Source: Gemmatimonadales bacterium
GTDB lineage: Bacteria; Gemmatimonadota; Gemmatimonadetes; Gemmatimonadales; GWC2-71-9
Assembly (NCBI GenBank): GCA_035702425.1
Contig: DASSQQ010000087.1
Location: 12,143 to 76,142, forward strand
Direction of reading: 5' to 3'
DNA: 64,000 nucleotides
Of the stretch, positions 35,254 through 47,167 are shown in pieces. Both the position numbers and the translations under genes were made by a program. The notes under the pieces are model-generated. The model did no database searches and had not been told where the DNA came from. It worked only from the letters and a program-made list of their open reading frames with translations. Position 1 is the stretch's first letter. Every line of letters begins with the position of its first letter.

Positions 35254-35853
35254 ATGGCTCGTAAACTCGCTAATGACAGGGCTTTACGCATCATGGCCGC
35301 GGCCAGCGAAGAGTTCGCTCGGCGGGGCCCGGACGGGGCCCGGGTGGAGCGAATCGCGCGGCGGGCCGGCGTTAATAAGCAGCTCCTCTTTTACTACTAC
35401 CACTCGAAGCGCGGACTCTTTCAGGCCGCGATCCACCGCGCCGCCTCGGAGCTGGAACGCGCGCTCGACTCGCTGGCCCGCGGGTCGACCCGCCCCCTGG
35501 TTCGTTTGCGCGAGACCCTCGCGGCGCTCTTCGACTACCTCTCCGCCCACCCCGACCTGGTCACGCTGGTCACCCACGCGGGGCGGACCGAGGCCGCGCC
35601 CTTCGCTCCCGCGATCAAGCGCCTGGTGGTCCTGCTGGCCGAGGGACAGGGACGGGGGCAGGTCCGCGACGACGTCGATCCCCACCTCGCGGCGGCGCAG
35701 GCCCTGGTGCTGATGATCGCCTACTTGCGACTGGAGTCGCTGATCGCGGCGAGCGCCGCGCCCCTCGGCGCCGATGAACCGGCCCTGCGGGAACGCTGGA
35801 AGGCCGCGGCGGTGGAGCTGGTGCTGCAGGGGGTGCAGGTGCCCGGCGCCTAA
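35254..35853 (+). CDS. TetR/AcrR family transcriptional regulator
   Basis: 199-aa ORF with an N-terminal TetR HTH (ILAAASEEFARRGPDGARVERIARRAGVNKQLLFYYYHSK). Confidence 0.9.
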   Translation: MARKLANDRALRIMAAASEEFARRGPDGARVERIARRAGVNKQLLFYYYHSKRGLFQAAIHRAASELERALDSLARGSTRPLVRLRETLAALFDYLSAHPDLVTLVTHAGRTEAAPFAPAIKRLVVLLAEGQGRGQVRDDVDPHLAAAQALVLMIAYLRLESLIAASAAPLGADEPALRERWKAAAVELVLQGVQVPGA

Positions 35854-35870
35854 AAGGCGAATCGATTGCG

Positions 35871-38324
35871 TCAGTTCTTCTTCGAGATCATCCTGGGCGC
35901 GACCGGCGTGTCGCCCTCGAACACCAGGTGCCCCGCCTCGATCCGCGCCCCGCGGAGCGCCAGGCTCAGCACTTCGCCCAGATCTTCCACCAAATGCACC
36001 TCGAGGGTCTTCCGCACTTCCTCGGGAAGATCGATCAGGTCCGGCTCGTTCTCCTTGGGCAGGATCACGGTGCGGATGCCGGCGCGCACCGCCCCCAGTA
36101 CCTTCTCCTTCACGCCGCCGATGGGAAGCACCCGGCCGCGCAGAGTGACCTCTCCGGTCATCGCGATGTCGTGGCGCGCGGGACGCCGCGAGAAGGCGGA
36201 GACCAGCGCCGTGGCCATGGTGACGCCGGCCGACGGCCCGTCCTTGGGGATCGCTCCCGCGGGGACGTGCACGTGGAGATCGGCGTTGTCGAACGCCTCC
36301 TTCGCGATGCCCAGCTGGTCGGCGTGGGACTTGGCGTACGTCAGCGCCGCGCGCGCCGATTCCTTCATCACGTCGCCCAGCTGGCCGGTGAGCACCAGGT
36401 CACCTTTGCCGCGCATCACGCTCGCTTCCACGAACATGATGTCGCCGCCCGCCGGCGTGTAGTACATCCCGGTGGCGACGCCGATCTGATCGGTTCCGGC
36501 CTTCCGCTCGGGATGGACCTTGGGCCGGCCCAGCAGCTCGCGGACGTCCACGCCTTTCACGGTGAACTTCTCGGCGGCGCCGTCGGCGAACTTGCGCGCG
36601 ATCTTGCGGCCGAGCTTGCCGACTTCGCGCTCCAGCTGGCGGACTCCCGCTTCGCGGGTGTAGCCGGTGATGACCTCGCTCAGCGCGTCATCGGTGACGG
36701 TCACCACGTCCTTGGACAGCCCGTTCTCCTCGAGCTGGCGCGGCACCAGATAGCGCCGGGCGATCTCGAGCTTCTCCTTTTCGGTGTAGCCCGCGAAATC
36801 CACCGTCTCCATCCGGTCGAGCAGCGGCGCCGGAATGTGCTGGGGGAAGTTCGCGGTCGCGATGAAGAGCACCTCCGACAGATCGAACGGCACGCCCAGA
36901 TAGTGGTCGGTGAACGAGTCGTTCTGCGCCGGATCGAGGACCTCGAGGAGCGCGGACGCCGGGTCACCCTGGAAAGAGACGCCGAGCTTGTCCACCTCGT
37001 CGAGCAGGAAGACCGGGTTCTTGGCGCCCGCCTGCTTCATGCCCTGGACGATGCGGCCGGGCATCGCGCCCACGTAGGTGCGCCGGTGGCCGCGGATGTC
37101 CGCCTCGTCCCGCGCGCCGCCCAAGGAAATGCGGACGTAGGGCCGGCCCATCGCCCGGGCGATGGACTTGGCAATCGACGTCTTGCCGACGCCGGGCGGG
37201 CCCACGAACAGCAGAATCGGACCCTTGGCCTGCTTGTCGTCTTCGTTGCCCGGCGCGTCCTTGGCGGGCGCGCGCAGCCGCAGCTGCCGCACCGCGAGGA
37301 ACTCGAGGACCTGGTCCTTCACGTCCTGCAGGCCGTAGTGATCCTCCTCGAGGATCTCGGTGGCGCGCTTCAGGTCGAGCGACTCCTCCGCCCGCTTGCT
37401 CCACGGCAACTCGGCCATGGTCTCGAGGTACGTCCGGATGACCTGGCCCTCCATGGAGTCGCGGCTCGCGCGCTCCAGGCGCGACAGCTCCCGCTCCACT
37501 TCCTTCTTCGCGGCTTCGGGAAGCTCGAGGCCCTCGAAGCGCTTCCGCAGCTCCTCGACCTCGGTGGCCTCGTTCTCCTCGCCCAGCTCCTTGCGGATGG
37601 CCTTCATCTGCTCCCGCAGGAACATTTCCCGCTGGCGCTCGCCCAGCTCCTCCTGGACCTGGGACTTGATCTCCTCCTGCGCGTCCAGCATTCCGATGGC
37701 GCGCTGGACGTGCACCAGCACCCGGCGCACCCGGTCCTCCACCGACAGGGTTTCGAGAAGCACCTGCCGCTCGGCCGGCTTCAAGTCCACGTTGGCGGCG
37801 ACCAGATCGGCGAACTTGCCGGGGTCGGTCGTGCCTTCGAGGACCTCGTTGATGACCTCGGTGGGCAGGCCGGATTTCTGGCCCAGCTCGGCCGCGCGCT
37901 CCCGCGCTTCACGGTAGAGCGCGACAAACGCCGGGTCTGAAGGGTTGAGGGGCGGCAGCTCCGGCGTCTCGCGGACCACCGCCTCCAGGTGCCCGCCGGC
38001 GTCGGTGTAATGAATGGCGGTGCCGCGGGCCTCGCCGTGGAGCACCAGCTGGACACCGGCGATGCCGCGCTGGATCTGGCCGATGCGCGCGATGGTTCCG
38101 GTGGTGTACAGGATGTTGGGCGTCACCCGATCGACGTTCTCCCGCTGGGAGACGGCGAAGATCAGGCGCTTTTCGGCCTTGAGGGCGGTTTCAATGGCGC
38201 GGAGGGTAGCGGGGCGGCCGGCGCCGATAGGCGTCGTCACGCCGGGAAACAGCACCACCTCGCGCAGCGGGAGCACCGGCAGCGTGAGGCGTTCGGTCGC
38301 AGTCGAGTTGAGTTCGTTGGACAT
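35871..38324 (-). CDS. lon: ATP-dependent Lon protease
   Basis: 817-aa ORF with a LON N-terminal domain, Walker [10 protein letters not shown] and the protease motif PKDGPSAG. Confidence 0.95.
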   Translation of the reverse strand: MSNELNSTATERLTLPVLPLREVVLFPGVTTPIGAGRPATLRAIETALKAEKRLIFAVSQRENVDRVTPNILYTTGTIARIGQIQRGIAGVQLVLHGEARGTAIHYTDAGGHLEAVVRETPELPPLNPSDPAFVALYREARERAAELGQKSGLPTEVINEVLEGTTDPGKFADLVAANVDLKPAERQVLLETLSVEDRVRRVLVHVQRAIGMLDAQEEIKSQVQEELGERQREMFLREQMKAIRKELGEENEATEVEELRKRFEGLELPEAAKKEVERELSRLERASRDSMEGQVIRTYLETMAELPWSKRAEESLDLKRATEILEEDHYGLQDVKDQVLEFLAVRQLRLRAPAKDAPGNEDDKQAKGPILLFVGPPGVGKTSIAKSIARAMGRPYVRISLGGARDEADIRGHRRTYVGAMPGRIVQGMKQAGAKNPVFLLDEVDKLGVSFQGDPASALLEVLDPAQNDSFTDHYLGVPFDLSEVLFIATANFPQHIPAPLLDRMETVDFAGYTEKEKLEIARRYLVPRQLEENGLSKDVVTVTDDALSEVITGYTREAGVRQLEREVGKLGRKIARKFADGAAEKFTVKGVDVRELLGRPKVHPERKAGTDQIGVATGMYYTPAGGDIMFVEASVMRGKGDLVLTGQLGDVMKESARAALTYAKSHADQLGIAKEAFDNADLHVHVPAGAIPKDGPSAGVTMATALVSAFSRRPARHDIAMTGEVTLRGRVLPIGGVKEKVLGAVRAGIRTVILPKENEPDLIDLPEEVRKTLEVHLVEDLGEVLSLALRGARIEAGHLVFEGDTPVAPRMISKKN

Positions 38325-38341
38325 GGTAGACCCCGGTCAAG

Positions 38342-38357
38342 GCATCGAACGTGCCAA
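38342..38357 (-). promoter_or_regulatory. Sigma-54-type -24/-12 element upstream of lon
   Basis: The minus strand reads TTGGCACGTTCGATGC, with GG and GC at the consensus spacing (TGGCACG-N4-TTGC; one mismatch, T to A). It ends 17 nt before the lon ATG, so the leader would be very short. Confidence 0.3.
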
Positions 38358-38384
38358 CTCACTCAACCCCGAAACGAGCACGGT

Positions 38385-38466
38385 CGTTCCGCGCGTCCCG
38401 CGTCATTCCGGCAGGGGCTGCCCCCGGGACGCTTCGGGACCGCCAGACGGACACGAAACGAGGACG
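38385..38466. repeat. Heptamer-built palindromic element in the lon/kinase intergenic region
   Basis: Sequence: cgttccgc gcgtccc gcgtcat tccggcaggggctgcccccgg gacgctt cgggacc gccagac ggacacg aaacgag gacg. The left units (GCGTCCC/GTTCCGC) face the right units (GGGACGC). The central stem is ttccgg-ca-ggg / ccc-ccggga. Confidence 0.6.
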
Positions 38467-38539
38467 CCCCACGTAAGTCACGCCGCCGTTCTCGGTTGCA
38501 CCGGGACGGCGCGGCGGCTAAATCTATGCCCCACGGACG

Positions 38540-40402
38540 ATGGCGGACACCGATAACTCGTTGGTAAAGCGCCTCAAAGAGGCCCTGGGCACCTCCTATT
38601 CCGTCGAAGGCGAAATCGGCCGCGGCGGCATGGGGGTGGTGTACCACGCCCGGGACGAGCGTTTGAAGCGCCAGGTGGCGATCAAGGTGCTCCCGCCCGA
38701 GCTCGCGTTCCGCGAAGACATCCGCACCCGCTTCCTCCGGGAAGCGGAGACCGCGGCGCGACTCTCCCACCCGCACATCGTGCCGATCCACTCCGTGGGC
38801 GAAGGGCCGGACGGACTGGTGTACTTCGTGATGGCGTACGTGGACGGCGAGCCGCTGGGCGCGAAGCTCAAGCGGCGGGGGCAGCTCCCCACCGAAGAAG
38901 CCCGGCGCATCATGCAGGAGACCTCGGACGCGCTCGCTGCCGCGCACGCGCTCGGGATCGTGCACCGCGACGTGAAGCCCGACAACATCCTCCTCGAGGG
39001 GAGCCGGGGACGCGTGGTGGTGACGGATTTCGGGATCGCCAAGGCACTCTCCTCCACCACCGGCGGGGCGACCCTCACCGGGACCGGGGTGGCGATCGGC
39101 ACGCCGCACTACATGAGCCCGGAGCAGGCCGCCGGCGACCGCGAGATCGACGGCCGGTCCGACCTCTACAGTCTCGGCGTGGTGACCTATCAAATGCTCA
39201 CCGCCGAACTGCCCTTCTCGGCGCCGACGGTGCCCGGGATTCTGATGAAGCAGATCACGGAAGCGGCGCCGATGGTCACGGATCGCCGGCCGGACTGCCC
39301 CGAGGATCTGGCGGCGTGCGTGATGCGCTGTCTCGAGAAGGAGCCGGAGGCGCGATGGCCGACGGCGGAGGCCCTGCGGCGCGCGCTGGAGTCGCGCTCC
39401 GCGCCCGCGTACCGCCCCAGCCGCCCGGTGGGCGGGCGGACCAGCGCGCGCGCGTTCGGATCGCCTCCGCCCGCGAGTCCGCGCTCGCCGCAGATCCCGG
39501 CGCCCTACAGCCCGCCGCTCGGCCGGGGACGCCCGCGGCGCGGGCGTCGCGACCGGGAACCCCTGCCCCAGGTCTCCGGCGGCGAGCCCGACATCGTGCG
39601 CAGCACGCGGTCCAAGTTCGTCACCTGGGCCTCGGTGTTCACGGGCGTCCTCTTCGTGGACATCGTGAGCGGCGCGCACCTCTCGCCGGCGCTCTTCGGC
39701 GTGGGCGTGTGGGGCGCGTTCTCCGTGGTGCCGCGGTTCTGGAAGCTCTGGGAGGCGGGCTACTCCTGGCGCGACGTGATCTACCGCCCGGCGGCCCCGG
39801 ACGCGGCGCGGGCCGGAAGCGCGGTGGGCGGCGTGCGACGCGCGGCGCTGCCGGCGCCGACGCCGGACGAGTTCGGCCGGCACATCGACACCGTGCGCCA
39901 GGCGCGCAGCGACCGGGCCGCGATCCTCGGCATCGTGGAACGGCTCCCCGAGTCGGAGCGCAAGATGCTCCCCGACGTGGGCGAGACGGTGGATGGCCTG
40001 CTGCGCCGCGCCGAGGACCTGGCCCGGACCCTCAACTCGATGAGCGGCGGCGTGGACGACCGCGCCCTGGCCCGCATCAAGGACAAGCTGGAGCTGACCC
40101 GGCGGCAGCCCGAAGGCGTGGAGCGCGACCGGCAGCTCCGGCTCCTGGAGCGGCAGGAGGGCGCGTTGAACGACCTCTTGTCCCGGCGCCGCGACGTGGA
40201 GGGACAACTCGAGTCCTGCATTCTGGCGATGCAGAACGTGCGGTTCGACCTGCTGCGACTCAAGTCCGCGGGCGTGGCGGCGGTGCTCGGCGATCTCACC
40301 CAGGCCACCCAGGCCGCGCGGGCGCTGTCACGGGACGTCGACAACGCGATCGACGCCGCGAGCGAAATCCGCGAAGCGCTGGGAGAAGCTCCGCCCGCCT
40401 AG
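38540..40402 (+). CDS. Ser/Thr protein kinase with TM segments and C-terminal coiled-coil region
   Basis: 620-aa ORF with the GRGGMGVV, VAIK, HRDVKPDN and DFG motifs. Confidence 0.9.
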   Translation: MADTDNSLVKRLKEALGTSYSVEGEIGRGGMGVVYHARDERLKRQVAIKVLPPELAFREDIRTRFLREAETAARLSHPHIVPIHSVGEGPDGLVYFVMAYVDGEPLGAKLKRRGQLPTEEARRIMQETSDALAAAHALGIVHRDVKPDNILLEGSRGRVVVTDFGIAKALSSTTGGATLTGTGVAIGTPHYMSPEQAAGDREIDGRSDLYSLGVVTYQMLTAELPFSAPTVPGILMKQITEAAPMVTDRRPDCPEDLAACVMRCLEKEPEARWPTAEALRRALESRSAPAYRPSRPVGGRTSARAFGSPPPASPRSPQIPAPYSPPLGRGRPRRGRRDREPLPQVSGGEPDIVRSTRSKFVTWASVFTGVLFVDIVSGAHLSPALFGVGVWGAFSVVPRFWKLWEAGYSWRDVIYRPAAPDAARAGSAVGGVRRAALPAPTPDEFGRHIDTVRQARSDRAAILGIVERLPESERKMLPDVGETVDGLLRRAEDLARTLNSMSGGVDDRALARIKDKLELTRRQPEGVERDRQLRLLERQEGALNDLLSRRRDVEGQLESCILAMQNVRFDLLRLKSAGVAAVLGDLTQATQAARALSRDVDNAIDAASEIREALGEAPPA

Positions 40403-43400
40403 CGCTCGGCGGCCTGACGGCAGCGCTGCACCAGCGCCGGTCCGTCGTCTCTTTCGATTCCGAAATCGAGCAGGGTGAGGAACTGATCCACCGCCGCGTC
40501 ACAGCGGCCGGCGCGCAGCTCCGCCACCGCCCGCAGCTCGTAGAGGCTCGCCCACCCGGGACGCTGTCCCTGCACTTCCGCGACCAGCGAATCCGCGGCC
40601 CGGGGCGGGCCGTCTTCGACGATTCGGGTCAAGGCGTCGAGCACGAGGTCCCGCGGGTCGGGGCGGCGGAAGGTGTTCCGCGCGGCCGCCATCGCGGCGC
40701 GCACCGCGGCTGATGCTCCGCGCCAGTCCGAGTCCCGCGCCGCCGCCACGGCCAGGCCGGCGCGCGCGAAGGCCGTGTCTCCGCCCGCCGCGATCACTCC
40801 CTGGAAGAGGGCCCGCGCGCGCGGCGATGCCCGCCGCGCCAGGGCGATCCGCGCGACCAGGAGCGCGGCGTCGGGGTCACGCGGCACCAGGCGAGCGAGC
40901 GAGGTGTCGGCCCACCCCGTGTCCCCCTCGGCCAGCTTCATCGCCGCCACCGCCACCGTCCAGCGCGCTTCGGCGGGGCGCGCCCGGCGCGCCGCTTCGA
41001 CGTAGGGGTAGCCGCTCGCGTCCCCGGGGCGCACCGACAGCGCGCGCGCCAGAAGGAAGGGATTGATGCTGTCGGCCGGGGTCTTTCCCGCGATGGCGGC
41101 CAGCGAATCGAAGACGCCCCCGGGATCGTCGCCCAGAAACCGCCGGGCGGCGACGAACTCGAGCCGGGGATGGTCGTCGGTGTGCACCAGTCCGGGCGCC
41201 GCGAGCAGGCGGGCGACGCCGGAATCGCCCAGCAGATAGTGCCCGAAGTAGTCGGGCACGGCGTCCACGGCGAGATAGTCACGGGCCAGCGCGTCGAAGG
41301 CTCCCCGGGGGCCCACGAGACGCGCCAGCCATGCGGAATCGTACCGGAGGGGACGCGCCGACCCGAGGATCATCAGGTCCCAGGGCGAAGAGAACCAGAT
41401 CTGCACGTGCGGAAACACCGACCGCACGTTGGCGACGATGCCGCGCACGATGGGGAGCGGGAGCTGGTAGAGCTGCACCCACTGGCCGAAGACGCCGTCG
41501 TCCGCGAGGCGAGCCCGCACGATCCGGAAGAACTCCGGCGTGTAGAGGGTGGCGACGCCGGCGACCCAGGGGTTGCTGGGCTCGGACGCGATCACGTCGT
41601 ACCGGTTGCGGTCGAGCTGGAGCGCGCTGCGCGCGTCGTCCAGCGTGACGGAGACGTTGGGCTTCGCCTGCACCGTGTCGTTGACGGCCGTGAAGAACCG
41701 GCTCGCGGCGAGCACCGCGGGCTCGATTTCGACCACCCGGACCCGCGTCATCCCCGGCGTTTCCGCCAGCACCCGCGCGGTGACGCCGCTGCCGAAGCCG
41801 ATCGCCAGCGCCGAATGCGCGTCGGGACGCGCGGCGACCGGGGCGAGACCGAGGAGCACCTGGGTGTCCATGTCTCCGTGGTCGGACGCGTCGGCCTTGC
41901 CGTTCACCTTGAGGGTGCGGCCCGGCGGCGACTCCCAGACGCTGACGGTCGCGTTCCACCCTTCCTCGAAGGAGAGCTGGCGGCCGCCCGCGTGGCGGAG
42001 AAAGGCCCGGCGGGTGGCGGCGTTCATCGGGGTGCGGGCGTAGATGGTGGGCGCGAGATCGAAGAGCCGCGCGCTCCAGCTCGGCGCGCCCACGGCGGTC
42101 ACGAGTCCCGCGGCGGCGAGGATGCCGCCGCCCAGAACGCGGGCGCGGAGCCGCCGGTGCTCGGGCGATCCCTCGGCGACGCCGCGGGCCGCGAGGTAGC
42201 AGAGCAGGAGTCCGGCCGCCGCGTTGACGCCGAGGCCGACCCGCAGGGTGCGCTCGGTACCGAGGGCGCGCACCAGAACGAAGCCGGTGAGCGCGGCGCC
42301 GAGGATGCTGCCGATGGTATTGAGCGCGTAGGCGCGGCCCACCTGGGCGCCGGAACCGCCGGCGGGGGGCGCCGCGACGTCGGTGAGCACGGGGAAGGTC
42401 ATCCCCATTCCCACCGCCGGAATCAGCACCACCATCCCCACCGCGACGCCGAGGAGCGCGAGCCGCCCGGTGGCGCCGAGGTGCGGGATCTGAAACACGC
42501 TCACGATGTAGGACGGCAGCCAGCTGAAGAAGATGAAGAGCAGCGCGGCGCCGGCCGCGGTCACGCCCTGCGCCAGGGCGCCGGTGGCGGCGCCATCGTT
42601 CGCGTCGGCGGCCCGCCGGGCCACGAGCGCGCTCCCGATGCCGATGCCGAGGAGGAAGACCAGCAGCACCAGGCTGAAGGCGTAGGTGGACCCGCCCACG
42701 ATCATCACCAGCACCCGGGTCCACGCGATCTCGTCCAGCAGCGCGGCGAAGGCGGTGACCGCGAGAAGGAGCAGCGCGACACGGCGCAGGGTGGCGGGAA
42801 CGGTGCGACTGACTCCGGGAACCCCGGGCTGGCCCCCGGGGTCAGCCGCCGTCGCCTGGCGGATGGCGACGATGCCGATGAGCACATTCGCGAGCGCCGT
42901 CGCCCAGAGGCTGGCGCGGATCCCGACGTGCTCGATGAGGAAGAATCCCGCGAGCGCCACGCCCACCATGGCGCCCAGGGTGTTGAGGCCGTAGAGCCAG
43001 CCCAGAGCGCCGCGCAAATCGTCCCGGCGCCCGCCGGCGAAGGCGCGGGTCAGGACCGGAAGGGTGCCCCCCATGAGCGTGGTGGGCACGAGCAGCACCA
43101 GGAAGGCGAGCCCGAATCGCAGGGCGATGCTCGATCCGCCCGAGGAGCCCAATCCGCCGGCGAGGGCGATGTAGGCCTCCCGCGCCAGCTCCAGAACGAA
43201 GGGCGACAGCGCGCCGAAGACGCCGACCGCGATCTCCAGCCGTCCGTAGAGCGCGGCCGGTCTTCCCTCGCGGTCGGCGCGGCGGCCGAGGAGCCAGGCG
43301 CCGAGACCCAATCCGCCCATGTAGGCGGCGACGACGGTGGTGACGGACTGGATGGTCGAGCCGAAGGACTCATACAGCAACCGCACCCACAGGAGCTCGT

Positions 43401-43467
43401 AGACGAGTCCCGTGGCTCCCGAGAGAAAGAAGAGGAGGCTGTAGGTGCGGGTGCGGTTAGAAAGCAT
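40399..43467 (-). CDS. Fused MFS-like membrane domain / spermidine synthase-like methyltransferase fold / TPR protein
   Basis: 1022-aa ORF. The N-terminus ([19 protein letters not shown]) is typical of the fused MFS/spermidine synthase family. It has about 12 TM helices, then a class I methyltransferase/spermidine-synthase fold, then a TPR-like tail. Confidence 0.8.
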   Translation of the reverse strand: MLSNRTRTYSLLFFLSGATGLVYELLWVRLLYESFGSTIQSVTTVVAAYMGGLGLGAWLLGRRADREGRPAALYGRLEIAVGVFGALSPFVLELAREAYIALAGGLGSSGGSSIALRFGLAFLVLLVPTTLMGGTLPVLTRAFAGGRRDDLRGALGWLYGLNTLGAMVGVALAGFFLIEHVGIRASLWATALANVLIGIVAIRQATAADPGGQPGVPGVSRTVPATLRRVALLLLAVTAFAALLDEIAWTRVLVMIVGGSTYAFSLVLLVFLLGIGIGSALVARRAADANDGAATGALAQGVTAAGAALLFIFFSWLPSYIVSVFQIPHLGATGRLALLGVAVGMVVLIPAVGMGMTFPVLTDVAAPPAGGSGAQVGRAYALNTIGSILGAALTGFVLVRALGTERTLRVGLGVNAAAGLLLCYLAARGVAEGSPEHRRLRARVLGGGILAAAGLVTAVGAPSWSARLFDLAPTIYARTPMNAATRRAFLRHAGGRQLSFEEGWNATVSVWESPPGRTLKVNGKADASDHGDMDTQVLLGLAPVAARPDAHSALAIGFGSGVTARVLAETPGMTRVRVVEIEPAVLAASRFFTAVNDTVQAKPNVSVTLDDARSALQLDRNRYDVIASEPSNPWVAGVATLYTPEFFRIVRARLADDGVFGQWVQLYQLPLPIVRGIVANVRSVFPHVQIWFSSPWDLMILGSARPLRYDSAWLARLVGPRGAFDALARDYLAVDAVPDYFGHYLLGDSGVARLLAAPGLVHTDDHPRLEFVAARRFLGDDPGGVFDSLAAIAGKTPADSINPFLLARALSVRPGDASGYPYVEAARRARPAEARWTVAVAAMKLAEGDTGWADTSLARLVPRDPDAALLVARIALARRASPRARALFQGVIAAGGDTAFARAGLAVAAARDSDWRGASAAVRAAMAAARNTFRRPDPRDLVLDALTRIVEDGPPRAADSLVAEVQGQRPGWASLYELRAVAELRAGRCDAAVDQFLTLLDFGIERDDGPALVQRCRQAAER

Positions 43468-45583
43468 GGAGCTCGCGCATGGCCTGCGCGAGATCCTCGA
43501 CTTGGGGCAGGATGTAGTCCTCGAGATCGGGAGCGTACGCGACGAAGGTGTCCGTGGAGGCGACGCGTTTCACCGGCGCGTCGAGCCAGGGGAAGCATTC
43601 ATCGGCGACGCGGGCGGCGATTTCGGCGCCGTAACCCCAGGAGAGCGAGTCCTCATACGCGACGATCACCTTGTTGGTCTTCCTGATCGACGCGCCGATG
43701 GTGTCCCAGTCCACGGGCGAGAGGCTCCGCAGGTCCACCACTTCCACGCTGGGCCCGCCGCTCTCCTCCATCTGCTTCGCCGCGACCAGGGCGCGCTGCA
43801 CCACGGCGCCGTAGGTCACGAGCGTGAGATCGGTCCCCTCACGGACGACCTTCGCCTTGCCGAGCGGGATCATGAAATTCGGACCCGGGTTCGGCGCCTT
43901 GTTGTACGTCTGGCGATAGAGATGCTTGTGCTCGAGGAAGAGCACCGGGTCGTCGCAGCGGATGGCGGTGCGGAGCAGGCCGTTGGCGTCGAGCGCGGTG
44001 GCGGGGCAGACCACGCGGAGGCCCGGCACCGAGGTGAAGACCACGGCGCCGGTCTGCGAGTGGTAGACCGATCCGCCCTTCAGGTAGCCGCCGTAGGTCA
44101 CGCGTACCACGGCCGGACAGCTGAAGGCGTTCCCCGAGCGCCAGCGCATGGTCGCCAGCTCGTTGCGGAGCTGGTGATAGGCGGGCCAGATGTAATCGAA
44201 GAACTGGATCTCGACCACCGGCTTCAGGCCGCGGGTGGCGAGGCCGATGGCGCGGCCCACGATGTTGGCCTCGGCGAGCGGCGAGTTGTAGACCCGGTCG
44301 CTCCCGAACTGGCGCTGGAGTCCCCAGGTGACCTTGAAGACCCCGCCCTTGCCCTTCACGTCGCCCAGGTACTTCTCGCGGCTCACGTCGGCCACGTCCT
44401 CGCCGAAGACCAGGATTCGCGGATCGCGCGCCATCTCGTCCTTCATGCACGCGTTCAGGAGATCGACCATCGTGGTCGGATCGCCGGAGAAGTGCGGATC
44501 GTCTTCGGTATCGAACTGCTCGGAGGTGGGATCCACCTCGGGCGAGTAGACGTAGAGCAGCGCGGTTTCCGGCTTGGGCTGCGGCGAGGCGAGCGCCATG
44601 TCGGCCGCCACCTGAATCTCCTCGTCCACCTGCTTCCGGATCGCTTCCAGCTCGGCCTCGCTCGCCACCCCTTCGCGCACCAGGCGCTTGGGGAAGGTGG
44701 AGAGGCAGTCGCGCTTCGCTTCCTGCTCGCGCTCTTCCGGCGTCTTGTAAAAGACCTCGTCGTCCGAAAGCGAGTGCGAGTAGGGCCGGGTGACGTGGGC
44801 GTGGACCAGCGCCGGACCCTTCCGCTGGCGGCAGTACTCGGCCGCGCGGGTGATGGCCTCGTAGGACGCGACCGGATCGCAGCCGTCCACTTCCTCGATC
44901 AGGAGCCCGGGGAAGCTCGAGACCAGCTTCGACACCGAGCCGCCCGCGGTCTGCACCTCGATCGGCACCGAAATGGCGTAGCCGTTGTCCTCGATGAGGA
45001 AAAGCACCGGCAGCTTCAGGTTGCTGGCGGTGTTCAAGGCCTCCCAGAACTCGCCTTCGCTGGTGGTGCCGTCGCCGGCGGAGCAGTAGACCAGCTCGTC
45101 GCCCTTGACGGGCCGCTCCTTGATGCCGCGGATGCTCTGATAGCGGAGCCAGGCCTCGGCGCAGCCGGTGGCCTGCAGGAACTGGGTGCCGGTGGGGCTC
45201 GACTGGCTGACGATGTTCAGCGCCTTGTGTCCCCAGTGCGACGGCATCTGGCGGCCCGCGGAGTTGGGATCGTCGGCGGCGGCGACCGCGGAGAGGAGCA
45301 TTTCGGTCGGCGTCATGCCCAGGCCGAGGCAGAGCGCCCGGTCGCGATAATAAGGATAGAACCAGTCGTAGGCGGGCCGGAGGGCCCTGCCGGCCGCGGC
45401 GAGGACCGCTTCGTGTCCGGCGCCCGAGATCTGGAAGAAGATCTTGTTCTGGCGCTTGAGCTGGATTTCCTTGTCGTCGAGCCGTCGGGAGAGGTACATC
45501 ACCCGGTAGAGGTCGAGCAGGTCGGTCTTGCCGAGGGTGGTGCGCCGCGCGGCGCGGGGCTGGGGTTTGGTGCGGGTCGCCAT
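43457..45583 (-). CDS. 2-oxoacid dehydrogenase E1 component, fused alpha and beta subunits
   Basis: 708 aa counted from ATG 45583. The alpha part carries the TPP motif ([15 protein letters not shown]), followed by a transketolase-like beta part. The upstream part of the 1127-aa track ORF is a shadow over the S41 gene. Confidence 0.85.
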   Translation of the reverse strand: MATRTKPQPRAARRTTLGKTDLLDLYRVMYLSRRLDDKEIQLKRQNKIFFQISGAGHEAVLAAAGRALRPAYDWFYPYYRDRALCLGLGMTPTEMLLSAVAAADDPNSAGRQMPSHWGHKALNIVSQSSPTGTQFLQATGCAEAWLRYQSIRGIKERPVKGDELVYCSAGDGTTSEGEFWEALNTASNLKLPVLFLIEDNGYAISVPIEVQTAGGSVSKLVSSFPGLLIEEVDGCDPVASYEAITRAAEYCRQRKGPALVHAHVTRPYSHSLSDDEVFYKTPEEREQEAKRDCLSTFPKRLVREGVASEAELEAIRKQVDEEIQVAADMALASPQPKPETALLYVYSPEVDPTSEQFDTEDDPHFSGDPTTMVDLLNACMKDEMARDPRILVFGEDVADVSREKYLGDVKGKGGVFKVTWGLQRQFGSDRVYNSPLAEANIVGRAIGLATRGLKPVVEIQFFDYIWPAYHQLRNELATMRWRSGNAFSCPAVVRVTYGGYLKGGSVYHSQTGAVVFTSVPGLRVVCPATALDANGLLRTAIRCDDPVLFLEHKHLYRQTYNKAPNPGPNFMIPLGKAKVVREGTDLTLVTYGAVVQRALVAAKQMEESGGPSVEVVDLRSLSPVDWDTIGASIRKTNKVIVAYEDSLSWGYGAEIAARVADECFPWLDAPVKRVASTDTFVAYAPDLEDYILPQVEDLAQAMRELHAF

Positions 45584-45597
45584 GTCTGGAAAATAGC

Positions 45598-47157
45598 CTA
45601 CTTGCCCGGTCCCGACAAAAGCTGGGCGAGCCGGGGGAAGGCCCCGAGGGCGGTCCGCACGTCGGCGCTGTTCTTCAACAGGAACTCGTCCGCCGCGTCG
45701 TCGCCCCAGCGCACGCCGGCGGTTTCGCGGGCGAGGGTCGCCGCGAGCTGGAACGCCAGAGCGGAATCGGTTTGCGCCGGGATCTTGAAGCGGGATCGCA
45801 CCCGCGCGAGGAAGGGCGGGAGCAGCTTCGGCTCCCACTGATCCCGCCCCGAAATCCAGGCCGCCCGGCCCGCGGGCGTGGCGGGCAGGGTGAGCGCGAC
45901 CGAGTCCACCACGGCGGTGTTGAGTCCCGAATCCACCGCCGCGCTCCACCACACCGGGAAATCGGTGTTCCGGCCCACCTCGAGGTCCGGGGCGATGCCG
46001 CCGCCCCCGCGCACCGGCCGGCCGTCGTCGGTGTGATACACGGTGTTGGTGTCCTCCTCGGTGCCGGACTTCCCCGCGAAGGATCGGTATTGCTCCACCC
46101 CGATGCCGTGGTACCGGCGCTGGATGTAGCGGCCGGACGGGGAGAGGATGTAGCCGACGGTGAGGTGCAGGATGTCGTCGCCGGGGAGGACGACGAAGTC
46201 GACCTGCATCAGCGCCTTCCCGAAGCTGCGCCGCCCCACGATGAGCGCGCGGTCGTGATCCTGGAGTGAGCCGGAGAGGGCTTCGGCCGCGCTGGCGGTG
46301 AGTCCGTCGATCAGCACCACCAGGGGGAACTTGGTGAAATCGCCGTCCTTCTTCGTGGTGAAGGTGGTATCGAGCTCGCGTTTGCGGCCGCGGCTCTGGA
46401 AGACCACCGTGTTCTTGGGGAAGAACTCGGCCGCGACGTCCACCGCCTGGTAGACGAGCCCGCCCGGATTCCCGCGCAGATCCAGGATCACCTGCCGGGC
46501 GCCCTGCCCCTTCAGTTTCTTCAGCGCGTCGTGGAGCTCGGGAGCCGCGGTCTCGCCGAACTCCTCCAGCCGGACGTAGCCGGTGATGGAATCGGCCATG
46601 CGGGTGATGGACACCAGGTGACGGGTGAAGAAGTCCCGCTTGACGTCGACGGTGAAGGTGTCGGGTTCGAGCCGGGGGCCGCGCTCCAGGGTCAGCCGGA
46701 CTTTGGAACCCTGGTCGCCGCCCAGACGAAGGTTCACGTCCCGCTCGGAGAGGCCGGCGACGGTGGTGTCGTTCACCCTGGTGACGCGATCGCCGGGGAG
46801 AATTCCGGCCTTGGCCGCGGGGCTCTTCGGGACCACCCACACCACCGTGACGGCCGAGTCCACCGTCTCCACCTGGAGCCCGGGCCCGGCCAGCTCCCCC
46901 TTGTCGAGCTTGGAGAGCTTTTCCCAGTCGGCGCTCGAGAAGAAGCTCGAGTGCGGATCCAGGGCGCGGAGCACGCCGCGGATGGCGGCCTGGACCAGCT
47001 CGTGGTAGGTGGTCGAGTCCACGTAGTTCAGGCGGATGTGATTGAGCACGCCGCTGAAGGTCTGCAGCTCCTCGTAGGACGCCTGTCCCGCGAGCGGCGC
47101 GGCGACCAGCAGGCCCGCGGCGGCCGCCAGCGCGAGACCACGAGTGGTGCGACGCAT
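45598..47157 (-). CDS. S41 family C-terminal processing peptidase (PDZ-containing)
   Basis: 519-aa ORF with a signal peptide, a PDZ domain ([18 protein letters not shown]) and the S41 core ([15 protein letters not shown]). Confidence 0.85.
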   Translation of the reverse strand: MRRTTRGLALAAAAGLLVAAPLAGQASYEELQTFSGVLNHIRLNYVDSTTYHELVQAAIRGVLRALDPHSSFFSSADWEKLSKLDKGELAGPGLQVETVDSAVTVVWVVPKSPAAKAGILPGDRVTRVNDTTVAGLSERDVNLRLGGDQGSKVRLTLERGPRLEPDTFTVDVKRDFFTRHLVSITRMADSITGYVRLEEFGETAAPELHDALKKLKGQGARQVILDLRGNPGGLVYQAVDVAAEFFPKNTVVFQSRGRKRELDTTFTTKKDGDFTKFPLVVLIDGLTASAAEALSGSLQDHDRALIVGRRSFGKALMQVDFVVLPGDDILHLTVGYILSPSGRYIQRRYHGIGVEQYRSFAGKSGTEEDTNTVYHTDDGRPVRGGGGIAPDLEVGRNTDFPVWWSAAVDSGLNTAVVDSVALTLPATPAGRAAWISGRDQWEPKLLPPFLARVRSRFKIPAQTDSALAFQLAATLARETAGVRWGDDAADEFLLKNSADVRTALGAFPRLAQLLSGPGK

Positions 47158-47167
47158 GGGATCCTCC

